From Gekko japonicus (taxonomy: Eukaryota): a DNA stretch of 64,000 nucleotides. How positions within the stretch are numbered: position 1 is the stretch's first letter; each line of letters starts with the position of its first letter. The notes under the pieces were generated by a model. It did not search any database, was not told where the DNA came from, and saw only the letters and a program-made list of their open reading frames with translations. Positions 1 to 13,212 of the stretch are shown piece by piece. The stretch covers positions 3,194,725 to 3,258,724 of the forward strand of contig NW_015166418.1 in NCBI RefSeq assembly GCF_001447785.1. The letters are read 5' to 3'. Position numbers and translations under genes: made by a program.

Positions 1-2150
1 AATCCAAATTTTAAAATAATCAAGTTATGAGAATTCACCTTATTAGCTGTGCATGTAAAACCAAAACGAAAACTAATATTCTTATTTATATCTCTCCTCT
101 CACATGGCATAAGGGATATAATAATCACCAGTCTGATACAGATTTAACAAATCATCCAAGAAGATGCTAGGGAGAGTAACAGAGAAAACTGAGTTGTCCC
201 ATTGCCCTAGGTGGAAGAAGGCCAAATTCCATTGAAACAGATGTATGGGCAACCACATCCACAGTCCCTCATGCACATTCTTTGGATGTGCTAAAATTAG
301 TGTGACAAGAGTTTTCTGTGCTATTATTTTTTTCTTGAATGTATACAGTGGAAAGGAAGGACATAAAGGACTTACTCCAGTAAAAAAAATTCCACGTAAA
401 ACTTTGAATTTGTTAGAACATTACATTTAAACCACGCTTGATTCATTTTTTCCTAATCAGATATTTCAGTTCAAGAATTTGTTGCTTTTGGGATTTAAGA
501 ATTTACACAGGATTCTTTTTACATTTTGGGTACTTAAATATAAGTTAAAATAAATGTACTAAATCAGATCATGCTCTATTTAGGACATTGGAAAATCTTC
601 TGGAAATTGTTCGTGTTTTCCCAGAAACCCCACATCACTGGCTCTGCCATTCTGCTGTTGAGGTCCATCCTCTGCCCTCAAACTCTTTGAAATGTGGTTT
701 ATTTAAAACCACTGCTGTAGAGGAAGTACAGTTTTTATCTGACCTTCAGTGTATGTCATATGAAAAATTGTTAATTTCCCTTTTCTATGATGCAAAAATT
801 AGTTCCATATGGTCTGACAAGCAGCTTACTTCCACTTTTAATGCTTCAATAGCACAGTATGCATTTTCCCACCAGTTAGCAAACAAGCAAACATGGTTTT
901 GCTTCTTCTGTGTTCCTCATGTGACTGTCTATGAAGACAAAACTGTCAACTGCTGATATTTAAATTAAATTCATTTCAGAGGAAATGCTGGCTGATGCCT
1001 CTGAACAGGACATTTGTAGCACTTGCAGCCAGCTGTCATTTGAGTTTAAACCAAATAGTAAATAAGAATGCAAATGCTTAGACGCCACGGAAAAACAGAC
1101 ACGCTATTGTTGGTGGCCCACTAAAGAACAAAAGCTATTAAAACAGAAACAGCCACAAGTAATCTGGGGGGTAGGGAGGGGATGTAACATGTTAGCATGC
1201 ATTAGGGCTACCACAGGAAAAGTAATTGTTGGCAATCATTGCAATATATATTGACACAGACTGACATATGCAACTGAGCAGGTACAATTTTTCACAAGAT
1301 CTTGCATAAAACATGAAGAAATCCTACACACAAATGGCACTGTATTCTCTCCTGACATTTCAAGTTTTAGGGGCCACACCACCCTTTTACATCAGACAGA
1401 CTGACTGACCCTTCAGCTCAATAAAGCACTAGTGGTGACCAGCAGCTGATCCTGGAAGTATAAGAAATTATTACATTTTCATTCTGCACTGAATACTCAT
1501 GCTTGCAGAACAGTTTCAGGGGTATATAAGCCTGCAACTCCTTTAAACATCTAATCTTTGAACAAAAAAGACAATTTCATCTCTCTGAGGGCTTTTACAA
1601 AACAAAGGTCCAGAAGAGAGGGCTGCACCAGTAAGCAGAACGAGAAAAAATGGTGCAGTGGGAGAAATATTTCATTAGACTTGACAGCCCCTATGAGATC
1701 TGCTTATGCTTCATCAGGGGGATCCGTATAATAACGTTGCCAGACAGTTCCCCAGCATCTTTTTGCAGCTCCAATACCTACACATAACAGATTCTCTCTG
1801 TGACAATGTCTGAGAAACTCCAACTGGACCTTGAATCCTCAGGAAACAGCCTCTCTTTGTACAAAAATGGGGGCACATACAGATTTTGGGATTTGAACGC
1901 ACACACTGAATCCGACTCTTGGTCCATCAGTCAGTTCTGTCTACTGAACTCACTGTCAGTGGCTCTCTAGGACCTCAGGTACAGGACTTTCACAACACCT
2001 TCTACTCGAAGATGCTGGGGACTGAGCCTGGGACTTTCTGCATGCCAAGGAGAGGCTCTTCCTCTGAGCCCCTCCCTCATACTCCGAACACACGAGGGAG
2101 GGGAAAATAAGGTAACTGCAGAGGTATATCTTCAAATAACATACACAGAC

Positions 2151-2310
2151 CTTCAGTAATCATGTCCTCCACCTCAGTATCTGAGGAATTGTCGGCATGC
2201 TTTGCATTATTCTGCAGCTCTGGCTCGACACATGTAACATTCATCACCTGGCCCTCCATCAGGAGTCTTTTTTTTGCAGGCTGTTCGATCAGAAGAGATG
2301 AACAACTTAC
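2151..2310 (-). CDS. PHC3: PHC3 coding exon 11 (VSCSSLLIEQPAKKR...HADNSSDTEVEDMITE); gene continues beyond the window's left edge
   Basis: tag|GTA...GAA G|gtctgt, 160 nt; matches PHC3. No FCS/SAM exons were recognised in 1-2150. Confidence 0.93.
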
Positions 2311-4490
2311 CTATTAAAACAGAAAGAGAAAATCATGACACAAGAAAATGATGGGTACTGTTTAAGAATAGCCTAGAAGTTTAGCTAGTGGAGGCCTGAG
2401 GCTGCATTCATTATTATTCACTGTCACAAAGTTTATACAGAGTCACAGGATAGGTGCATGCCCCATTTACGACGAAAGGCATCAATCACAGGCTTTTTGG
2501 CTCCTGCAACCCAAACCAGACCCAATGGGGGAGGGAAAGTAAGATGAGATGAGCATGGTGGAATGAGAAGAGGAAGGGGCAAAGAAATCTGTTTTTCATT
2601 TGAGAAGCATCTTTGCTTGCTTTGGATTTCCATTTGTGGCTTTTAAACTTTATGGGAAGCTCCCCACACAAAGTGTGGCCAGTACTGGTCCAGCGGGCGG
2701 TAGACCTTGGGCTGGCCTGGCCTATTTAGTCTCCGCTTTTTTGGCCTTTAGATCTTATGATCTTCTTTTCGCCAATGATTTAATTCTTGTAACTGGACTC
2801 ATACTAGACACTGCTTCTTTAATCACCCATTTATATGCCTCCATCAAATTTTACAGGTATATAAAAAAAACGCACACACAAGGTGTCAAATCCCCACTGA
2901 ATAAGATGAAGGTCTGGCTCTCTTTCAAGCTCAGAAGATGCCCTGCACGCACACTGCATCTGACAGCTAACTTTAACAGTGCTGTGCTCCTAGCGACAGA
3001 CCTTCTCAGTTAGCCCCAGCATATTCAGGAAGAGAGCCAAGCCTCCTTTGAGAGAGCCCACTTACCAGAGTGTGGCAGCAAGTGAAGCATAACCGTGTGG
3101 CTGGAAACCAAGGAATAGCACAACAGGTTCCATGTGCCCAATAAGACTCTGGGATTGTGTTTCTTAAACAACTCCACCCTCTGCCCAAGACCATGCCTCA
3201 TGACGAGCCACTTTTGAAGCTGAGGGTGTCTCCAAAAGCAGCTTGTGATACAGCATGAGGTTCTGCTGTTCAAAGAAGAAAGTCAAGGATCCCACTAGGC
3301 ATGCACAAGGCCTCGAGTGTGCTCAAAGAGTGTTCTTTGGATCCTGGCCATCATCCTATTCCCATGTTGACAACAATATCCCATCCCTCCTCTCCGGGGC
3401 AGAAGGAATACACGTTCTTCTCTCACCAAAGTCAATGGGATGCTCAAAGGTACGCACAGGAAACCATTTTTGAATATGCTAAGGCAACTAATCTAAACTT
3501 GCTTGGAAAACTGCTGCACAATTATGCATGGGAAATGAAAATAACAACAGTATATTGCTTTTAAAATGCCTGATTTCATGTTTCCAAATTATGGATCTTT
3601 TTGCCCCAATAACATACATGTGTTTTAATCGTTAATATATTTTCAGAACAAATTTTTTTTTGAATGAGTCTCTAAAATACTAAAGTAATTTTACATTTGG
3701 CTGAATCGAGAGGTAGCATGAATTTCAAATTGTTTTTTTTTTTTAAGAGATTTGATTTTTTTCTCTCCTAGTAACCAAAATTGGTTCCAGACCAGCTCAG
3801 GGACAGTCTAATGCCCTTTTCAGCTATGCAGAGTCAAGCTTCTTTGGTCTACATGGCTGTTTTGTGATTGCTAAAGAGATAAGGTAAACCAATTGGCCCT
3901 ATCTTGTGGCTGTTTGCTGTCAAAACATCAAAAAGATGTAGTTTAAAAACAGCCCTTAATCTCCAAAACATTTACTAATCTAAACCATTTACTGTATAGT
4001 TCAGAAATGCCTCTGCATTCGCCATCACAATCCCTCCAATCAACTCAGAGTGCCCAGTTAGTGGAACCTTCCTATGCACCAATGAAGATCATGTCAAGGG
4101 GGTGTTCTCAGTGGCTAACCCATAACTGTGCAATTTCCTTCCCTGGAGACCTGCCCAAGTCATACCTGAAAATAGTTCAAGAATGTACCCTGTATGTTTG
4201 TCTGGACTAACTTCTGTTAAGTGGTCATCTTACCTATGAGTAAATGAAGCTGCCTTATATTGAGTTGATCCATTTGAGTCCAGTACTGCATATCCTAACT
4301 GGCAGTGGCTCTCTAGAATCTCAGGCAAAAGGTCTTTTATTAAGCTGCTGATCCTTGTACACAAGTAGTTTCCTTATACTGAACCCGACCATTGGTCCTC
4401 CATCAAGGTCCGTGATATCCACTCACCCTGGCAGTGGGTCTCCAGGGTCTCAGGCAGAGGACTTTCACATCAGCTACTAACTGGAGGTGC

Positions 4491-4775
4491 TGGGGATTGA
4501 ACTTGGGACCTTCTGTATACCAAGCAGATGCTCTCATCACTAAGACGTAATCCCTCCCTTTCTGCATGTGTGGTTCCTCCAGTGTTTTAGAATTGGGGTC
4601 CCAAATTTTCTGGATTGGGAGAGAACACTTGTTGGGGATTGAACCTGGGACCTTCTGTATGCCAAGCAGATACTCTCATCGCTGAGCCACAGTCCCTCCC
4701 CTTTTGCATGCATGGTTCCTTCACTGTTTTAGAATTGGGGTCCCAAGTTTTCTGGGTGGGGAGAGATAACACTTC
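4491..4775 (+). repeat. Diverged tandem duplication (about 142-bp unit) of a SINE head plus flank
   Basis: GGGGATTGAAC.TGGGACCTTCTGTAT...GTTTTAGAATTGGGGTCCCAA.TTTTCTGG..GGGAGA..AACACTT occurs twice in succession. Confidence 0.8.
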
Positions 4776-5001
4776 TAAACAAATCAGCAGCAGTACTACT
4801 AGTTTCAGTGAGTCAGTTTCCCTTCAGTTGTCTGAGGGACAGCGATTACTAATAACAAGCTCAGTCTGTTGTCGAGTTATTCAGAGTAAAAAGCTTCAGT
4901 TAAGCAATAGCCCCGAACAACCACAACATATCACCTTTTGGATACAAAAAAAAAAAAAAAAAGTCACAGAAAAGTTGCTGAATGTTTCGCTTCACACTTA
5001 C

Positions 5002-5255
5002 AGGAAATGGTTCTAACCCCTCTTGGATCACAAAGCCCTCAATAACATGGGTCAGGATTTGTGGCTTAACGATAGCTTGTGGAAGTTTGTTTTCTATGCT
5101 AGGGTTCCTATTAGCCATTGATGCGCTGTTACTCCTTGTGGCGATTGCTGGAAGCAAAAGAGGTGGTGGTGGAATAGAGGCATGTGAAGGGTCTGATGGT
5201 GATTTAATTACAGAAGCGCTGAATGATGAGGCCACTGAAGAATGTCCCTCTTGTT
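5002..5255 (-). CDS. PHC3: PHC3 coding exon 10, containing the HD1 motif (PQAIVKPQILTHVIEGFVIQEGLEPFP)
   Basis: cag|AA...CCT|gtaagt, 254 nt; carries the polyhomeotic homology domain 1 signature. Confidence 0.97.
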
Positions 5256-6150
5256 CTGGAAGAAAAGTAATGTTTTTAAAAAATATAGAGATAACTCAAG
5301 TGCCATCGTCTTCATAGTTACAGAAAGCATTACCTGCATTTGTGGCCTTGCCACTATAGAGCACTCTTCCTAATACTTGTTTCATCAACTGTGGGTCGGT
5401 CAAGGCAACTGGTGCCCTCCTGAAGGGGCCATACAGGCCATCTAGGCCAACCCCCTGTTCAATGAAGGATCAGCCTAGAGCATCCCTAACGTTTGTCCAG
5501 CAGCTGCTTAAAGACTGCTCAGCTAAGAGCCCTGCAGCATCACGTATGCAGACTAGAAAAATGCGAAGTCTTAATAACATAACACAATCCCAGTTTGCAT
5601 AACATAATTTAGGAGCTTAATGAATGCACCTATTTCACTGGCATGCAACATACTTGTGGCCGAAGGTATCATATGCAAGCCCCAGTACATATGATCGGTT
5701 GTCTGATCTCTTGCCTAAGGCAGTTTTTCTAGATTAAGTACAGTCATAATTCATAGATGATTCACACTCATTTCTTTGCTCCTTATTATTTTAATAAACA
5801 GCCAGTAACTCAGATGTTCTAATGTATACAGCCCAACTGAAAAACCAGTGATAAACCCCTTCCCACCCTTCTGTTCCCTGTATCGCATTACTAGGTCAGT
5901 TCGATGAGCCATCTAGGCCAGCGGGAATAAGGAGGATGCTCCGTTGCTACCTGTCCCCTGCCAACGTATGCCTGCCTGCAATACAGGGAGAAACTCTGTT
6001 TCTTGGCATCAGGTAACTGGTAGACAGCTGTTCTTTTGTCCAGATTTGGGGGGGGGGGGAGAAAGGCCAACAATATTGAAGGCTTGATGGCAACATCTCA
6101 CTTCCCCTTTTTTAATATATTTCCTAAAAGTGCAAAGTGGTTTTAGAAAT

Positions 6151-6308
6151 TCAGGTCGGTAGCCGTATTGGTCTGAAGCAATAGAACAAAGTTTGAGTCC
6201 AATGGCACCTTTAAGACCAACAAAGTTTAATTCTGGGTATATGCACATGAAAGCTTATACCCGAAATTAAACCTTGTTGGTCTTAAAGGTGCCCCTGGAC
6301 TCAAACTT
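6151..6308. mobile_element. Palindromic Penelope-derived terminal-repeat element with a 13-bp TSD
   Basis: Inverted arms AAGTTTGAGTCC..GGCACCTTTAAGACCAACAA / TTGTTGGTCTTAAAGGTGCC..GGACTCAAACTT; TGGTTTTAGAAAT at 6138-6150 and 6309-6321. Confidence 0.75.
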
Positions 6309-8892
6309 TGGTTTTAGAAATGAAGTCAAGTGACCGTAAAGCCAGAACAACTGTGCAAATTATCAAGAGGACAAGAATATCAAATGCTGTTGGGAAGTGT
6401 GCAGCACCATGTGGCTGCTTTTAGGTTCTGGCCATTAGAACTTCAGAGGTCTTAGGGGTAGCAGGAGAGCTAGTAGGCCTGCATCATGCATATTGGGGAA
6501 GAATAGGTCTGGGTAATCAGACTACTGATCAAGGCTGCTCAAGCGATTAATCAAGGTACGTTTAACCACAAAGGATTCTGCCGCATAAGCGTTCCTGCCA
6601 ATAAAGCACTACGCCTGCATTAGCATTTCTTGATAAAAGATTCTCAGTTGGGAGTGATCTGATTTGGAAGGCTTTGACTTTCCTGCTAGCTGAAAGCCCA
6701 GCTTATTGAGATAATCAAGGCCACGTACGAACACACCTCCTCCCCACCTAGATACCTTCCCTCCAATCTTTATTTGGAAATAGTCCTGGCATCCTGGACC
6801 TCCTCTTCTTCATCTTCAGTCCTGTGGCGTACCAGCTAAGCTCTCCTTACCCACCTCCTTCTTGCCAAACTGGGGGGGCGGGGGGGTGAATATTTGGTGT
6901 TTAACTCAAACCTCTTATAATAAATCTTCCTTCAAAATGAAGTTCTTGGACGCTCCCTCTGGCTTTGCTCATGTCTTTGGCTACAGAAACTTCCCGATTG
7001 ACCCTCATCATGAACCTCTGTATCTCTACTGACTTTGAAATTGTAGGGAGGCTTTGCTCCCACCACTCTTCTCCTGCAATTATTTTTGGGATTGTGGGTT
7101 GCTTGGACCCCTGACTTGGGAACTGGACCTCTGTATGGAACCTCCAGCAATAAGTCTCTGTGTTGCTCTCTTGGCTTTACCTGTTTGGCTACCTGCTTTC
7201 CACCTCGGCTTGACATAGGCACTCTAGTGTCAGATATTGTAGCTGTATGCTTGGCATTATTGTGACTGCCTGAATTTACTAATTCTCTAGTTGACAGGTC
7301 CCCAATCTTTTGGAGCCTCGGGCACCTTTGGAATTTTGAAATGGGGTGGGGAGTGGCACCCCAAAATGGCTGCCACAGGAAGCAGAGCCAAACACAATAC
7401 TTCCTTCCTCGTTTTGCAAAAGAACAGCAGAAGGGGAATTAAAAGAAACAAAGGAAATCCCAAAGGGAGGAAAGGAGGAAGAGAAAGGGGCAGTTAACAG
7501 AAGGAAACCTTGAAGGGGTAAAGTAACTAAAAGCATGAATGCCTACTAGACCTCCTGATCCTCCAGGGGCAGTTGCCTCTGTTAAATTCATGCAAAACCC
7601 TTTATTTGAATGAGGGTATCCAGTAACAAGTCCTGCCTTACAAAGACCCCGCCCACTTTCTGGAAAGCTCAACTGGCACCAGGGTACACATGGGCACCAC
7701 TTTGAGGAAACCTGCTCTAGTTCATTGTTACTCCCCTTAATACATATTTCACCATTTTGTCAGTAGATGATGTGATACAGCCACTTGTGTGTGTCACTGC
7801 TCAGACTGGAATGCTCTTTAAACTGGGAGTAGAACCCAGAGCAGCTGCTCTTTGGCGTGAGCAGCAGTGTTGGGGAAGTTTTCTTCCTTACAGTTGGGCT
7901 ATCTTGGTGTGAATTGGAAAGTGGGGCACATTTATACAGACACACTATAGGATTCACGTATATTGCCACACACAGAAACATTCATTGACAGTAGGTACCA
8001 GAACTTATTTCACATGGTGATAGGTTTGTTCACTGCCCCATTTTACTATTTAATTTGGAACTCACTCAACTACATCACAGAATGTATTACCTGTAATATT
8101 AGTAATCAACCAAATGGATCTATGGCCCAAGTTGGGGGTTGAAATGCAATGTAAGGTGTGGGGGTTAAAATGTGATGCAATGAGAATTGAGTTGCATCTA
8201 CAACTGTGCTGTACTGTCACCATAGCTGGTTAGAGATGACTGCAGCTGGCTTGCAGTCGATTAGGATTTAGAAGCCCTGGACATCTCTTGAGTTCAGAAT
8301 AGCTGAAAATTGCCAGTAACGTGCCTTGGATCAAGCAGCAAGACAAACAACTAAATTCTACCGCTAACCCAGTGCCTGAAGTTTTTTATATTTATCAATT
8401 ACATTTTTGTCCCACCCTTCTTCTAAAGATTTCAGGGTGTTGTCCATGGTCCTCCTTTCATCCATTTTATCTTCACAACAACCCTGTGATGTTGGTTAGA
8501 CTGAGAGACAGACCTGCAGACACTACCATCTTAAAGCGATCTAACATAGCCACAAGGGCCTCGATCCTGATTGAGCCCACAAAGTGGTGGAATGAGGTGC
8601 TCTTGTCCCAAACCATCCCCCCTGCAGCAGTTTTGGCACTTGAAAAGGAATTTGGGGGGGGGAATGCCTCAGCCCATTGTTTTGAAGGCCCAATCAGGAT
8701 CGGGCCTTTGTAGCATGTTCAAACCGATTTAAAATGGTGGTGGCATCCACAGTCTGATCTCTGGATGCTATCATGTCTAGCTGGGCCCTCATTCACATAA
8801 AAATAAACCATGGATTGCTTGTTACCTCTGAATCAAGCCCTGAGCACCAAAAGCTGCTCTAAGTAACTAAGAATCTCTATGTTCCTTCTTAC

Positions 8893-9043
8893 CTGAAAAG
8901 GGCTCCTCATATCCAAACTCTTCTCTGTTATGTAAGGTGATGGCTGGTGGCGACAGGGTTGGCGGGGTAGGGGTCCTTGCCATGCGGACACATTCAGATT
9001 CCTCTGGCATCTCTTCCTCACACATTGCCTCTACTTGATAAAT
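8893..9043 (-). CDS. PHC3: PHC3 coding exon 9 (IYQVEAMCEEEMPEESECVRMARTPTPPTLSP...)
   Basis: cag|ATT...TCA G|gtaag, 151 nt; matches PHC3. Confidence 0.94.
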
Positions 9044-9136
9044 CTGCATGGATCAAATTGGGACGGTCAGAAGCACATCCTCTGAATATTATTTGGGTTG
9101 GGGCTTCGGTAGGTGTTCTCCCATTCCATTTCAGGA

Positions 9137-9302
9137 NNNNNNNNNNNNNNNNNNNNNNNNNNNNNNNNNNNNNNNNNNNNNNNNNNNNNNNNNNNNNNNN
9201 NNNNNNNNNNNNNNNNNNNNNNNNNNNNNNNNNNNNNNNNNNNNNNNNNNNNNNNNNNNNNNNNNNNNNNNNNNNNNNNNNNNNNNNNNNNNNNNNNNNN
9301 NN
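9137..9302. other. Assembly gap (166 N) in PHC3 intron 8
   Basis: Run of N. Confidence 0.99.
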
Positions 9303-10336
9303 ATTCTAAATTAATTTTAATGAATCACTATCTGGTGCATTTTTAAAAAAGATACAATAACTCAGTTCAGATATAACATGAAATCATGGTTTATGTTAAC
9401 TATGAAATCAGGATTCTGCTCAATCACTCAGATCCCAGTTTGCGGGCTTTGTTTTCTTCTCTCTGTAGCTGGGGGGGCGATATCAGAGAACAAGCCAGGA
9501 TTAAACCAGGAGTAAGCTTGGGTGTTTACATTCAGATATCATGCAAACCCATACTTAAAACTAACTGTGGTCAATAAATCTAACACATTCTGGCTTCAGA
9601 TTTTATCTTAATGGACCCTAACTAACCATTGTTAATAGAAGTGGCCTGCATTCCCTCACAATAATAATAGTTCAATTAAATGACAGTTTTGTGCAGTATC
9701 TGAACTGAGTCAACATGTTGCAGTCTGCAACAAAAAAATATAATTCCCATGACAGGAAAAGAGGAAAAATAATGCAACCACTCACAAATGTAGACTTCTA
9801 AAAATAAATAACAGGTTGGATCTATGCTCTGTTCATCAAACAATATTGCTGTATAACATATGGCTTAGTGGTTGAACATTTCAGAAGTAAACTCAGGAAC
9901 AATTTTATTGACTAAACTGTGGTAGACCCCTGACATCACCGTTATATGGTTTTAACCTGTTTTTATGTGTTGGCTTACACCTATTTGTGAGCCGCCCTGA
10001 GCCCACGTCGCGGAGAGGGCGGGCTATAAATTGAATTTATAAATAAAATAAATAATGAGCTATTATGCTAATAGCCTATTAGATATGCTAATGAGCTCCT
10101 GCAGCTCTTTTTCTACGAAATGACCCCTGGATGTACCTATGTGGAACCTGACACACTCAAATTGTGAAACTGGTATATATGTTTTGTAGAAAAAAACAGG
10201 TCTGCTTACAAACCTTATCAGAGCCTATGTGTATAAATAAATGACATCTTACCAAAAAACTCCCCCCAAAACACCCTGAACCCTCCTTGTACTGACAAAC
10301 CTTATGAGAATTTGTGTGTATGTAAACAAATAAAAA

Positions 10337-10686
10337 GGAGCTGCGGTGGCTCAAGTGGTTAAGACGCTGAACTGCAGGCTGTGGAAGGTCAGTAGTTCAG
10401 CAGTTCAATACCCGAGTGTGCCGCATGACGGAGTGAGCTCCCGTCTCCAGTTCCAGCTCCTGCCAACCTAGCAGTTCGAAAGCAAGAAATTGCAAGTAGA
10501 TAAATAGGTACCACTTCAGTGGGAAGGTAACAGCGTTCCGTGCGCCTTGGTGTTTAGTCATGCCGGTCACATGACCACAGAAATGTCTTTGGACAGCGCT
10601 GGTTCTTCGGCTTTGAAACGGAGATGAGCACCGCAACCCTAGAGTTGGATTCAACTGGCTTTCGAGCAAGGGAACCTTTACCTTTT
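10337..10686 (+). mobile_element. Sauria SINE
   Basis: tRNA-like head, CCAGCTCCTGCCAACCTAGCAGTTCGAAAGC core, TAGATAAATAGGTACC, and ACCTTTACCTTT tail. Confidence 0.85.
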
Positions 10687-10770
10687 AAACAAATAAAATG
10701 TATTACATCTGAAAAGAATTCAACCTTCCTTCTTGCCTTGAACACAGAAAGAAAGCTACCAAAGGCTTAC

Positions 10771-11633
10771 CACTGGGGTCTCAACAGGTACTGCTGGTTG
10801 TACTTGAAGGTTTACTGCAACTGTCTGGGGAGGAGGAAGACTCTGAAATGGCAGCTGGACCAAAGCTTCAGCGGCAGGTAGCTCCTCCTCAGAAACCAAT
10901 GTATTCTGTACCAAAACCTGACCCTGGGACAAAATTTCAGGTTGTAAAGACTGAACAGGTGGGAGAGGGAGTGGTTGACTATGGGCTGGAGATGTTGACA
11001 GCCGTGGAGAAGTTGCAACTGGGATTGGTGTGGGCTGCAACACTGGATACTGTTGGTGAGGCATTGGAGATGTTATCTGGTGGCCTGTAGACACCACTCC
11101 AGGCTGATCTGCTGGTCCAAGGTGTACTACCGGAGAAGAAGGGAGCCGTGGTGGAAGATTTACTGGCTGCGATACTGGTTCTGTTGAACTGTCACTGGTC
11201 TGTGCTGGGTTCTGCTCGGACTGAAGTGCTGATGATGCTAGAGGATGCGATTGTGACTGAATAAGAGCTTGCGGGTGGATGATTATTGTGGGTGACTGGC
11301 TGGGTGAAGGAGGCGATGGAGGAGATACCACCACTGATTGCTGTGAGGACTGAGACGGCGGTGGAGATAGTGTAGGAGGAGAGTGATGGATCTGAACAGA
11401 CGTGCAGTGCTGTGATGGGGCACTGCTGGGAGGTGGAGGAAGAGCATGGCCTTGGAGTGGTACACAGTGCTGCGATGGAGATGGTTCCTGACTGGGAGGA
11501 AGCTGGAGTGCGATTGGCTGAACTTGCTGCTGTTGGAAGATCAGCTGATGGTGGGAAATTTTTGAAGGTGGGGAATGAACAGAAGACTGCTGATGCTTTA
11601 ACAGAGAATGTGGTGGAACTGGAGAATATGAAG
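10771..11633 (-). CDS. PHC3: PHC3 coding exon 8 (large Pro/Ser/Gln-rich exon, ...SEEELPAAEALVQLPFQ...)
   Basis: cag|CT...GTG|gtaag, 863 nt; lies within track ORF 10756..11667. Confidence 0.96.
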
Positions 11634-13003
11634 CTGCACAGAGAGAAGAAAAAAGATAAATTAGCATTCATTTCCTTAAGGGCATTACAATCCCACAGAC
11701 ACTATGCAAGCTTTCAGATGAACAGAAAGAACTATGGCTGCCCAGTTTTTGACAAAATCAGACATCATCTTTACAAGTAACCTCTGGTACACATTCCAGC
11801 CTATCTTCAGAGGCATAAGCATGTGAAACTCAAGTTTGAAAAAATGAAAAAATGAAACCTGAGATGGACAACAAACCAAATTCTACACCCCATACCAAAT
11901 TCCAGGCTTGTATGGAATCACAGATCACACCAACCCTGGATATCTCCCTTATCTAGGTTCTCCTCGTATTAACTTAAAATGTCTTGTTGAACTACTGTAT
12001 GATACATCTGTAAGTTACTTCAGACAGAAAGCAGACAAGGAGTTTGAAGGGGAAAAAATAATATTTCTTTCCCCATTTGGGAAACGCTCATTTTGACAAA
12101 GTTTGGGAACCCTTGCTTTAGGACAAAACTTGCATTTAAATGGAATATTTTATCCCTGGAAGTCAAGAATAGCAAATATTGAAGTAATATCTGGAAGCCT
12201 CTATAGTGGGGTCTTCCATATTGGAAATTATTGTCAGCAAGCACATATATTCCTGGCTGCCTTTGCAAACCACCTCTTCTCCAACCCAAGGATCAAATTT
12301 CTTACAACCCACAATTCTGCTCTTTTAGTGCCTTTGCATGCTCTCTCCTGGTGTGCTAGATATAGTTACAAGGCAACATCAGGGGAAGGCCTTGGCCTCT
12401 ATGCCCTGTTGTTGGCCGTCCAGAGGAACTGGTTGGCAATTGTGTGAGATAGGATATTGGACTAGACGGACAATTGGTCTGATCCAGCAGGGCTCTTCTT
12501 ATGTTCTTATGAAAGATTTCATGTCCTGAGTTTTGAAGTTGAGAGGTAAATCAATATGTCTAATTATCAACATGGCCAAATATGTGGATACTTATATACT
12601 TAAATTTGGAGATTGGGGCCATGAACAGACAAGACAGATTGTTCTACAAATCTTAAAAATGCTTCGTTTGCAGAAAAATCTGAAATCTTAAAAAGAAAAC
12701 CACGGGGGAAGGGGGGGACGGATAACCTCCCCAAAATAACAGAAGCAGCACCTGTAGCTTTAAGAAACATATGCCCTCAGTAGCTGTTGCTAGGATGCCA
12801 CAACAGTATTTACCGCCTTCAAGCCTTGGTTTCTGTCAGTAAAGGCATAGGTAAGAGGGCTGTTTTTAGGGCTATTTTGGACTTTTGAGGAGGACTCACT
12901 GGGGCCAGACCCATCAGCAACCACTGGGCAACTTGCTGCCATGTGATTTGCATCACTCATGCAGGACTGGATGCTTGCTACTGTTAAACAGCATCCTCCA
13001 CAT

Positions 13004-13212
13004 GAAAGCCAGTGTGGTATATTGGTTAGAGTTTCAGAGTAGGATCTGGGAGACAGAGGTTCAAATCAGCAATCTGCCATGGAAGCTCACTTGGTGACCT
13101 TGGGCAAGTTATACATTCTCAGCCTAGCCTAACTCACAGGGTTGTTGTAAGGATAAAATGGAGGAGAGGAGAATGATGCAAGCTGCTTTGGGTTCCAATT
13201 GTGGAGAAAGGT
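13004..13212 (+). mobile_element. Squam3/CORE-like tRNA-derived SINE
   Basis: AGCCAGTGTGGT..TGGTTAGAGT head, GTGACCTTGGGC, CTCAGCCTA.CCTA.CTCACAGGGTTGTTGT.AGGATAAAATGGAGG. Confidence 0.75.

Noticed and set aside
1-2150. PHC3 FCS zinc-finger and SAM exons
   Set aside because: No matching peptide was found; they presumably lie beyond the window.
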